64,000 nt of DNA from Myxococcota bacterium (lineage in GTDB: Bacteria; Myxococcota_A; UBA9160; SZUA-336): assembly GCA_046757685.1 (NCBI GenBank), contig JBHHYV010000006.1, positions 283 through 64,282 on the forward strand. The letters are read 5' to 3'. The position numbers were made by a program, and so were the translations under genes. The notes beneath the pieces are model-generated. The model was given only the letters and a program-made list of their open reading frames with translations. It did not search any database and was not told the DNA's origin. Within the stretch, counting starts at the first letter, position 1; each line of letters opens with the position of its first letter. This document shows positions 16,373-23,848 of this stretch, piece after piece.

Positions 16373-17050
16373 ATGAGTGGGAGGACCGTCAGGCTCGCAT
16401 TGGGGGCTGCCGCACTGGGAGTTGCGTTGACGGCCTCCGCTGGAGTGAAGAAGGTCGTTCCTGAGCACAGATACGTCGGGGTAAAGAAGTGTCGGACCTG
16501 CCACAAGAAGGAGCTCATCGGAGACCAGTACGGAAAGTGGCGGGAGGGCGTGCACGCGAAGGCGCTCGAGACCCTGCGCGGGGACAAGGCGCGCGAGTTT
16601 GCCCAGAAGAAGGGCATCACCGCCCCGCCCTGGGAGAGCGAAGACTGCCTCAAGTGCCATGTGACCGCCTACGGAGTCGATGAGCGCTGGCTGCCCAGCC
16701 GGCCTCTCGATCCTGCGGACGGGGTTCAGTGCGAGTCGTGTCACGGCCCCGGTCACGACTACCGCAAGAAGAAGATCACGTCGAAGCACGAGACCGCCCT
16801 GAAGAAGGGCCTCTGGGAAGCGGGAAAGGACCCCGAGATCTGTACCCGCTGTCACAACGACGAGAGCCCGGCCTGGGATCCGAGCAAGTTCGAACGGGCC
16901 GACGGAACGACGGCCGGCTTCGACTTCGAGCTGGCCAAGAAGAAGATCCAGCACCCCATTCCCAAGGAAGTGAAGGGCCACTACATCGAGCTCGAGAAGA
17001 AGCAGCGGGCCAAGAAGCGAGCCCGCAGGGAACAGGAACAGGAAGAGTAG
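16373..17050 (+). CDS. secreted tetrahaem cytochrome, c554-like family
   Basis: Signal peptide plus CRTCH, CLKCH, CESCH and CTRCH. YVGVKKCRTCHKKELIGDQYGKWREGVHAKA is typical of the Cytochrome_C554-type fold. Lys/Glu-rich C-terminal tail. Paralogue at 26269..26928. Confidence 0.85.
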   Translation: MSGRTVRLALGAAALGVALTASAGVKKVVPEHRYVGVKKCRTCHKKELIGDQYGKWREGVHAKALETLRGDKAREFAQKKGITAPPWESEDCLKCHVTAYGVDERWLPSRPLDPADGVQCESCHGPGHDYRKKKITSKHETALKKGLWEAGKDPEICTRCHNDESPAWDPSKFERADGTTAGFDFELAKKKIQHPIPKEVKGHYIELEKKQRAKKRARREQEQEE

Positions 17051-17077
17051 ATTCCCGGGGCTCGGGGCTCGGGGCGA

Positions 17078-17182
17078 GGCAGGCTCGCTCTCGTCAAGCG
17101 GGCCTGCCAAGGGCGGCCGGTTTCCCGCGAGCCGCCAAGGGCCCGAGCGGAGTCCTCGGCGCGGGGGGAGACGATCCCCGCG
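17078..17182. terminator. convergent-gene hairpin region (putative bidirectional terminators)
   Basis: Hairpin 17078-17108 has an 11-bp stem (GGCAGGCTCGC/GCGGGCCTGCC, one G-U pair) and a 9-nt loop. A second hairpin at 17160-17182 pairs CGCGGGG with CCCCGCG. Neither has a U-tract. Confidence 0.35.
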
Positions 17183-17202
17183 GTTGCGAGTGACCTAGGG
17201 TG

Positions 17203-17469
17203 TCAACGCGCTTTCGGCCCGTGGGCCGGGTTCGCGTCCTCCGGCGGCGCCCCGCGGTGCAGGCCGATGAAGACGTAGGTCAGTGTGCCCGCGACGGTGA
17301 GGTAGACGGGTGTCATCACCAGGCTGATGGCCAGGGTCCAGTTGAGCGCATCGTGCCAGCGTGCGGCTACGGAGATCAGCCAGGGTACGAAGATCAGAAT
17401 GGCCACCGCGAAGAGCCACATGAGGGAGATCGAGAGAAACTGGAGCGCAGTGATCCACTTTCGATACAT
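17203..17469 (-). CDS. small hydrophobic membrane protein (88 aa), last gene of the Qrc/ACIII-like operon
   Basis: This is the tail of track ORF 17203..17766. The ATG overlaps the NrfD stop (ATGA). MYRKWITALQFLSISLMWLFAVAILIFVPWLISV... suggests 2-3 predicted TM helices. No family recognised. Confidence 0.5.
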   Translation of the reverse strand: MYRKWITALQFLSISLMWLFAVAILIFVPWLISVAARWHDALNWTLAISLVMTPVYLTVAGTLTYVFIGLHRGAPPEDANPAHGPKAR

Positions 17470-18851
17470 CAGCTCGCTCCCTCGGGAAGCGGCCCGGAGG
17501 CCGGGGGATCTTCTGGGGCGTCGTCTGGCTGATAGCTCGCGACCCGCTCGCTGGTCTCCCGCACGGCCGCCTCGCGTCCCTCTTCGATCTCCCAGATCGA
17601 GATCAGCGGGAAGAACTTGGCGAAGAGCATGAAGGCCAGGCAGAAGACCGCCAGGGCGGCGGCAAGAAGGCTGATCTCGGTGAGAGACGGCCAGTACGCG
17701 TGCCGAGGGAAGTCCGCGAAGGGAACCGAGAGCGAGGGAACGACGATGATCAGACGCTCGATCCACATTCCCACCACGATGCCGATCGACACCAGCAGGA
17801 TCACCGGGATGGTCCGCGTCTTGCGCCGAGAGAGAAGAGAGACGGGCACGACGAAGTTCAGGAAGATCATCATCCAGAACGGAATCGCGTAGGGCCCCGT
17901 GAACTTGAACATCATCACCGAGAGTTCAGTGGGCTCCTGGCCGAAGAATCCCGTCAGGTACTCGGAGAAGGTCAGGTAGAACCAGATGGCCGACATGGCC
18001 AGGAGCAGCTTCGAGAGGTTCGCGAAGTGGACCTGCTTGAGGTAGCCCTCCAGGTGGTAGACCTTCCGGAAGACGATCATCACCACCAGCAACGCCGCGA
18101 TCCCCGAGAAGATGGCGCCGGCGACGAAGTAGGGACCAAAGATGGTGCTGTGCCAGCCGGCCTCGAGGGTCATGGCGAAGATGTAGCTGATCACTGTGTG
18201 GACGGAGACGGCGATGGGGATGACCAGGATCATGAGCAGGTTCATGGCGCGTGACAGGACGTGAACCTGGCGCGGCGTTCCCTGCCACTGCCAGCTCAAG
18301 AAGTCGTAGAGCCAGTGGGGGCGGACTCCGCGGTCTCGCAAGCGCGCGATGTCGGGGATTAGAGGCAGGTAGAGATACACCGTGCTCGCCGCGAAGTACG
18401 CGGTGATGCTCATCACGTCCCAGAGTAGCGGCGACTGGAGGCGGCCCCACTTGAAGATGTTGAGGATCCGGTCGGGGCGACCCAGGTCGATGATGGGATG
18501 AAGGCCGCCGATGGCCAGAACGATGGCGGTGATCACCTCGGCCATGCGGGTGATGGGGCGACGCCACTCGGCCTGGTTGAGGCGCAGGATGGCCGAGATC
18601 AGGGTGCCCGCGTGGCTGATGCCGATGAAGAACACGAAGTTGATGATGTAGAAGCCCCAGCTCACGGGCTCGTTCATCCCGGTCTCGCCGAGGCCGAGGA
18701 AGAACTGGCGCAGGTAGCGGTAGACGCCGAACAAGATGATCGCGAGCAGGACGCCAACGCCCAGGTAGAAGCCCGGGCCGGTCTGCTCGATCGGGCGGTA
18801 GAGCGCCTCGTCTTGGCCCGGTGCTGGCGACCGCTGACCCTCGTCAGACAC
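17469..18851 (-). CDS. NrfD/PsrC/ActC/QrcD-family membrane subunit
   Basis: GTG start at 18851 overlaps the upstream FeS gene end. Polytopic membrane protein with NEPVSWGFYIINFVFFIGISHAGTLISAILRL, typical of NrfD-like quinone-site subunits. Confidence 0.85.
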   Translation of the reverse strand: MSDEGQRSPAPGQDEALYRPIEQTGPGFYLGVGVLLAIILFGVYRYLRQFFLGLGETGMNEPVSWGFYIINFVFFIGISHAGTLISAILRLNQAEWRRPITRMAEVITAIVLAIGGLHPIIDLGRPDRILNIFKWGRLQSPLLWDVMSITAYFAASTVYLYLPLIPDIARLRDRGVRPHWLYDFLSWQWQGTPRQVHVLSRAMNLLMILVIPIAVSVHTVISYIFAMTLEAGWHSTIFGPYFVAGAIFSGIAALLVVMIVFRKVYHLEGYLKQVHFANLSKLLLAMSAIWFYLTFSEYLTGFFGQEPTELSVMMFKFTGPYAIPFWMMIFLNFVVPVSLLSRRKTRTIPVILLVSIGIVVGMWIERLIIVVPSLSVPFADFPRHAYWPSLTEISLLAAALAVFCLAFMLFAKFFPLISIWEIEEGREAAVRETSERVASYQPDDAPEDPPASGPLPEGAS

Positions 18852-19569
18852 GGCGCTCCCTTTCGTCCAGATAGAATACAGCCGGCCCGGTGCCGAGCTC
18901 CTCGAGGAACCGGTGGGCGCGCGGGCTCCGGGCACTCTCTGCCACGGGGCTGTCCGGATCGGCCAGGTCGCCGAAACGCATCGCCTTGGCCGGGCACACC
19001 TCGACGCAGGCGGGCTGGTAGTCCTCCTCACGCACGTCACGGCCCTCTACGGCGGCGTCGTCCCGCGCCTTCTGCAGGCGGTGGTAGCAGAAGGTGCACT
19101 TCTCCACGATGCCCCGATAGCGCAGCGAGACGTCCGGGTTCGTGTGGGCGCGTAGCGCCTCGGGAAACTCGTAGTCGAACCAGTTGAAGACCTTGACGGT
19201 GTAGGGACAGGCCGCCATGCAGTAGCGACAGCCGATGCAGCGCGGGTAGATCTGGCCCACGATCCCGTCGGTGCCCTTGTAGGTGGCGTGCACGGGACAC
19301 ACCATGGTGCAGGGCGCCTTCTCGCAGTGGTAGCAGAGGAGAGGATAGAGCCGAACCAGGGCGCGGTCTCCCTCGCCCTCCTCGTGCCGCAGGACGCGGA
19401 TCCACTGCATCACGCGTCCGCTCTGCGCCTGGCCGGGAGGCACATCGGGGATATTGTTCTCGGACTTGCAGGCCGCGACGCAGGCCGCGCAGCCGGTGCA
19501 GCGATCCAGGTCCACCACCATTCCCCAGCGCCTCGGCCGTAGCTCCGAGCTCGTCCCAGCTTCCGCCAT
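18844..19569 (-). CDS. 4Fe-4S ferredoxin-type subunit (PsrB/QrcC/ActB2-like), no own Tat signal
   Basis: RWGMVVDLDRCTGCAACVAACKSENN, CYHCEKAPCTMVCP, CIGCRYCMAACP and CTFC...CVEVCP cluster motifs. Confidence 0.85.
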   Translation of the reverse strand: MAEAGTSSELRPRRWGMVVDLDRCTGCAACVAACKSENNIPDVPPGQAQSGRVMQWIRVLRHEEGEGDRALVRLYPLLCYHCEKAPCTMVCPVHATYKGTDGIVGQIYPRCIGCRYCMAACPYTVKVFNWFDYEFPEALRAHTNPDVSLRYRGIVEKCTFCYHRLQKARDDAAVEGRDVREEDYQPACVEVCPAKAMRFGDLADPDSPVAESARSPRAHRFLEELGTGPAVFYLDERERRV

Positions 19570-19584
19570 GGGTCCTCCCTTCCC

Positions 19585-21786
19585 TTACGCCTTCTCGAGA
19601 AAGACCGGAATCGGCCCCCAGGTGGGTGCCCCGGTCGTCGCGTCGAAGAGCGCATAGGGAAGCTTCAAAGGGTTGCCACCGACCCTCTCGGTCACGACGC
19701 CCGGCGCCGAGAGACCGAAGCCCAGGGGCGCCGCCACGGAGCCCGGCGTGATGCTGCGCGTCACCACCACCCTGGCCTCGATCTCCGCGCGCGGACCTCG
19801 GATCTTGACCCGATCGCCGTGAGACATCCCCCGAGAGTGGGCATCGATGGGGTGCAGCTCGACCCACGACTCCCAGAGCACGCCGTGGGGCATTCCAGCA
19901 ATCTCCATCAGCATCGGTCGGTCCAGGACGCGCCCGCCCCGAATGGCCGGTCCGTCAAAGGGTACGAGCCAGAGCTGACGCGGCGCGAGCGCAGGAGGTC
20001 GGGCGGGCGGAGAGGACGTGACCGCTTGCCCGGAGGTCCGCGCAGCCAGCGCGCGCTGGGGCGCCAGCCACATCGCCTCTCCCGAAAGCAGCTCGCGCTT
20101 CGCAGTCTTTGCATCGACCTGTGCCAACGCGTTGCGCTGGGAGCGCTCGACCAGCTCGCCCTGCCCACGTCGCACCACGACGTCCACTGCCTTCTCCACG
20201 AGCCCCTGCATGGTCGGGGCTGGAGGAGCGAATCCGGGGCCTGCAGATCCTGTCTTCGCGAGATCGAGCAGAACGTCCTCGGGCGCGCGCGCTTCGACTA
20301 CCGGCACCATGGCGGGACGCTGAACCTGGAGCGCCGCATCGGGCACCCCCCACGCCGGCGAGGGCAGATCCCAGGACTCCAGATCCAGGAGCGTCGGTAG
20401 GGTCACGTGCGAGAGCAGCGCCGTATGAGTCTCCCGCGAAGCGAAGGTCGCCACGAAGGGCACGTGGCTTATGGCGCGGGCGATCTGGTCCTGCCCCGGA
20501 AGCTCGTGAACCAGGTTCGCCTCGATGCAGATCAGTACGTCGACGGGTGAGCGGCGGATCTCGAAGAGAGGCTGGAGGATCTCGGGGAGGCCGCCGTCCA
20601 GCGCGCCCCCCGACTCCCCCAGTGAGAGCGCGCGGGCCAGGTCGTCGAGCGGATCGCTGGCCCAGGAGAGTCCGCCTCGCTCTCGGAAGCCGCCAGTCCA
20701 CAGGTTCAGGGCCAGGGCTGCGCGAACATCGGCCGCGCCGTCGACCCGGCGCAGGAGCGCCGGACCGGGTAGCACGACTCCCGGGGCGAAGCGGCGCAGT
20801 GCGCGAGCCGCGAGCTCGAGCTCGCCGGCGCGCAGGCCCAGGTTCTCGGGTGCAAAGCGGCGCGCGAAGGTGATCGGGTCCCGGGCCTCGGGAACCCAGC
20901 GAGCGTAGCGGGCGAGAGTTGCAGAGCGCTGCGGATGCCCCTCGCTCAAGGTCTGGGCGAGACCCAGCAGGATGTCCCGCTCCTGGCCCGGAGCGCTGGG
21001 GATCCAGGCGTCGCTCTTCGCTGCGGTCGCTCCCTGGCGTGGGCCCAGGTAGAGCGTCGGTGCGGCGCCCGTGTCCGGATGCTCGCGTCGCTCGCCGTGG
21101 GCGCGCATCTGGGAGACGGGACTGCCGTCCACGTCCAAGAGCTCGTCACCCACCAGGAGCAGGGTTCCGCTGTGCGCGAGATCTACGCGCAGCCGTCCCT
21201 TCTTCGCCCCGCCGAAGAACTCGCCGGCCAGCTGGTCCAGCGCTCCTTCGACACGGAGCGGGATGTAGCGCGCCCCGGGGATCGAGCGTACCCAGGTTTC
21301 GACGAGGCGGGTTCCCAGGGAAGGGGTGCGCCCATCCACGACCGCCAGGCGATCTCCGGCCCCTGCGGCCACCAGCTTGCGGAGCTGCCCTCCAAGCAGA
21401 CCGAGGGCTTCTTCCCATGCAGCCGGGTGGCCTTCCGCCCCGGCATCGCTGCGCACCAGGGGTGTCGCCAGGCGCAGAGGATCGAAGAGCGCCTGCATCT
21501 GGGACTGGCCGGCGGCGCACAGCGAGCCCTGGCTCGCGGGATGCCAGGGAGTCCCTCGCAGTCCGACCGGGAGCTGGTCGATCTTGCGCAGCGAGAGCGA
21601 GCAGTGGTTCGGGCAGTCGCGGCAGACGCTCCGCGAGAAGCTCTCCAGGCCCGGGCCGCGCACGTCCTGGAAGCTGAGTCGGTCGACCGCATACTGGTGC
21701 AGGCGGTCGAGGAGCCAGTCGCCCCCCGACGCCGAGACACCCGCGGCACCGAGCGACTTGAGGAAGGTCCGGCGAGAGAGGGCCAT
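19585..21786 (-). CDS. Tat-exported molybdopterin-oxidoreductase-family large subunit (PsrA/QrcB/ActB1-like)
   Basis: Start taken at the internal ATG with the twin-arginine signal MALSRRTFLKSLGAAG. N-terminal Cys motif CRDCPNHC...(x24)...C (CxxCxxxC...C). About 730 aa. No in-frame stop. Confidence 0.8.
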   Translation of the reverse strand: MALSRRTFLKSLGAAGVSASGGDWLLDRLHQYAVDRLSFQDVRGPGLESFSRSVCRDCPNHCSLSLRKIDQLPVGLRGTPWHPASQGSLCAAGQSQMQALFDPLRLATPLVRSDAGAEGHPAAWEEALGLLGGQLRKLVAAGAGDRLAVVDGRTPSLGTRLVETWVRSIPGARYIPLRVEGALDQLAGEFFGGAKKGRLRVDLAHSGTLLLVGDELLDVDGSPVSQMRAHGERREHPDTGAAPTLYLGPRQGATAAKSDAWIPSAPGQERDILLGLAQTLSEGHPQRSATLARYARWVPEARDPITFARRFAPENLGLRAGELELAARALRRFAPGVVLPGPALLRRVDGAADVRAALALNLWTGGFRERGGLSWASDPLDDLARALSLGESGGALDGGLPEILQPLFEIRRSPVDVLICIEANLVHELPGQDQIARAISHVPFVATFASRETHTALLSHVTLPTLLDLESWDLPSPAWGVPDAALQVQRPAMVPVVEARAPEDVLLDLAKTGSAGPGFAPPAPTMQGLVEKAVDVVVRRGQGELVERSQRNALAQVDAKTAKRELLSGEAMWLAPQRALAARTSGQAVTSSPPARPPALAPRQLWLVPFDGPAIRGGRVLDRPMLMEIAGMPHGVLWESWVELHPIDAHSRGMSHGDRVKIRGPRAEIEARVVVTRSITPGSVAAPLGFGLSAPGVVTERVGGNPLKLPYALFDATTGAPTWGPIPVFLEKA

Positions 21787-21793
21787 CGTTCCC

Positions 21794-22393
21794 CTACCTG
21801 TGGCACAGCAGGCAGTCGACGCCTGCTCGTGGGTTTCCACTCTTGAGATGACAGCTGATGCAGCGCTCCATCCCAGAGGGACCGTTGAAGTCGATGTAGG
21901 GCCGCGAGAAGGGCACCTCGCGTTTGGCAACCTCTCCGTGACAGGTCTCGCACAGAATCTTGCCTGCCTTCACGTGGCGCCGGTGGGAGAAGTGCACGTA
22001 CTCCTCGAGCTTGTCCACGCGCTTCCAGGGGATCGGCTCGCCCTTCTCCAGGAACGCGACGAGCTTGGCCTCCTCGGGGTTGTCCCCGATGGCCTCCTCG
22101 TGGCAGTCCTCACAGACGTCGCCCGAAGGGATGGTGGCGTGGTCGGAGTCCTCGGCACCCTCGTGGCAGTCGGTGCAGGGGATCTCCTCCTCGGCTACGT
22201 GGATCTCATGAACGTAGGCGATGGGCTGCTCGACTGGGAGGCGTGCGGAGCAGCCGAGCGCGAGGAGACCGGCCAGACCCGCGATCCCCAGGACGGCTGC
22301 GCGGCGGAAGGCCCCCGATTCCGCGATCTCCGCGACTGGCGGTGAGGCGAGCGTCGAAGCGGCAGGGACGAACCAGACCCTCCGGACTCTCAC
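21794..22393 (-). CDS. pentahaem c-type cytochrome lipoprotein (ActA/QrcA-like)
   Basis: GTG start. Lipobox-like LLALGC. Five CXXCH motifs (CTDCH, CEDCH, CETCH, CISCH, CLLCH). FSHRRHV...CETCH is c3/c7-like. Confidence 0.8.
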   Translation of the reverse strand: MRVRRVWFVPAASTLASPPVAEIAESGAFRRAAVLGIAGLAGLLALGCSARLPVEQPIAYVHEIHVAEEEIPCTDCHEGAEDSDHATIPSGDVCEDCHEEAIGDNPEEAKLVAFLEKGEPIPWKRVDKLEEYVHFSHRRHVKAGKILCETCHGEVAKREVPFSRPYIDFNGPSGMERCISCHLKSGNPRAGVDCLLCHR

Positions 22394-22401
22394 CCAAACA
22401 T

Positions 22402-22429
22402 CTCTTCTGCGGTCACCTCTTCTGCGGTC
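22402..22429. repeat. tandem perfect 13-bp direct repeat (CTCTTCTGCGGTC x2, 2-nt spacer)
   Basis: Copies at 22402-22414 and 22417-22429, 9-36 nt upstream of the GTG start (22393) of the minus-strand pentahaem gene. Confidence 0.7.
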
Positions 22430-22453
22430 TGCGCGAGACTTTCAGCGTTCACG

Positions 22454-22486
22454 CCGAGTCTCCGGTATGACGTCTATCATACTCGG
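22454..22486. promoter_or_regulatory. imperfect palindrome in the divergent intergenic region
   Basis: CCGAGTctccgGTATGAcgtctaTCATACTCGG. The right arm TCATACTCGG is the reverse complement of CCGAGT..GTATGA with a 5-nt insertion. The patch is locally AT-rich. Confidence 0.25.
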
Positions 22487-22787
22487 CGGGTCAGGTCGTG
22501 GCCCGGCTCCGCTGGGGCGAGTTCCCGACCGTCGCTTTCGCTGCGGCTCGCCCACCCTCCAGCTGGGCTCCGAGGCGTCGCTCCCGGTTCATCGAGAACA
22601 CCCTTGCGTCCGTGACGCCTCTCTCTGCTCGAGTCCCACGAACCGCGGAGGTGCCTCTCGTGCTCCGCCGCCTGCATCGGTACTCGCTCGCTCCGTGGCT
22701 TCGTCGGTCGGTCCCTGGGGGTGGGGCGCGATGTCGCGGCTCGGGACAGCATTGGCCGATGAGTTCGGCCTCGGCCGCAGCGAGGGA

Positions 22788-22805
22788 GTTTCAACGGAAT
22801 GAAAC
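22788..22805. promoter_or_regulatory. perfect 6-6-6 palindrome GTTTCA-N6-TGAAAC upstream of the decahaem gene
   Basis: Read directly from the sequence, 43 nt upstream of the GTG at 22848. The regulator is unknown. Confidence 0.3.
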
Positions 22806-22847
22806 CTGCTAGAGTGCAAGTGCGCGAGCTTTTGGGGAGGGATTGGC

Positions 22848-23843
22848 GTGAGGGGTAGAGATACATCGACTTCCGCCACCGGGAGCGCGGGTCGCCTTCG
22901 GGTCAGGGCTCGCCGCGTGGCGAGTGTGGCGCTTCCGATCCTCACTCTGGCAGCGATCGTCGCTTGTGTGACGGCTTGGCCGACGACCGTCCCCGAGCGC
23001 CTCCACCGCATCGCGAACGTTCCGGGGGCCCAGGCCGTGGGCGCGGAGGAGTGCGGCACCTGCCACGAGGACATCGAGGGACACGCCCCGATCCCCGCCT
23101 ATCACTCGGACTGCGAGGCGTGTCATGGGGGCGGCAGCCTTCATGTCGATAGCGAGAAGCCCGCCGACATCCGGTTCCCCACCGCGGACGACTGCCTGAG
23201 CTGCCACGAGAAGGGCCGCACCACGCACATGGACTTCGCCACGGGGGAGCACTCGCGCGCGGGGCTGATCTGTGCGGACTGCCACAACCCCCACAACCGA
23301 GAGCCGCACCACGTGCGGGTTGTCCAGGCCGTCTCCTTCCCACAGATGGAGCCGAACTCGAAGCTCTGCATCGGATGCCACGCCGATGTGGCGGCGCGCC
23401 TGCACTACCCATCCCATCACCCGGTGGCCGAGGGCATGCTCTCCTGCATCGATTGCCACTCTCCCCACGAGGACCGTCGGGCTGCGCTCGGCGACAAGAC
23501 GCAGCTATGCGCAGGCTGCCACCAGGATCACGTCGGTCCCTGGATCTACGAGCATCCACCGGTGACCGAGGACTGCATGATCTGTCACAACCCGCACGGG
23601 ACCGCCGCATTCAACCTGCTCGAGACCAACGTCCCCGCGATCTGCCTCTCGTGTCATACCCCTGCGGACGATCCACACCTGCTCGAGACCGGGGATCCGG
23701 CCGCGGCGACGATCACAACGGACGCGCCGACGCTACCTGGACAGAGGATCACGGCGCTGGGGGCGTCCGCTGTCTATACACGCTGCACCGATTGCCACGG
23801 AGCGATTCACGGATCGATGCAAGACCACCATCTGTGGAGGTGA
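22848..23843 (+). CDS. decahaem c-type cytochrome, MtrA/DmsE/PioA/MtoA family
   Basis: 331 aa with exactly ten CXXCH motifs and a family-typical C-terminus (RCTDCHGAIHGS). The N-terminal signal ends in a lipobox-like IVAC. The start codon is uncertain. Confidence 0.85.
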   Translation: MRGRDTSTSATGSAGRLRVRARRVASVALPILTLAAIVACVTAWPTTVPERLHRIANVPGAQAVGAEECGTCHEDIEGHAPIPAYHSDCEACHGGGSLHVDSEKPADIRFPTADDCLSCHEKGRTTHMDFATGEHSRAGLICADCHNPHNREPHHVRVVQAVSFPQMEPNSKLCIGCHADVAARLHYPSHHPVAEGMLSCIDCHSPHEDRRAALGDKTQLCAGCHQDHVGPWIYEHPPVTEDCMICHNPHGTAAFNLLETNVPAICLSCHTPADDPHLLETGDPAAATITTDAPTLPGQRITALGASAVYTRCTDCHGAIHGSMQDHHLWR

Positions 23844-23848
23844 GATCA

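Noticed and set aside
19585-21786. The possibility that the molybdopterin-family subunit is a selenocysteine-containing formate dehydrogenase.
   Set aside because: The ORF has no in-frame TGA. Its context (pentahaem cytochrome and an NrfD subunit) does not fit FdhGHI.
22753-22768. Sigma-54-like TGGCCGatgagTTCGG upstream of the decahaem gene. The weaker CGGAATgaaacCTGCT at about 22796-22811 is similar.
   Set aside because: The first lacks the invariant GC of the -12 element (it has CG instead). The second has correct GG/GC spacing but almost no other consensus positions.
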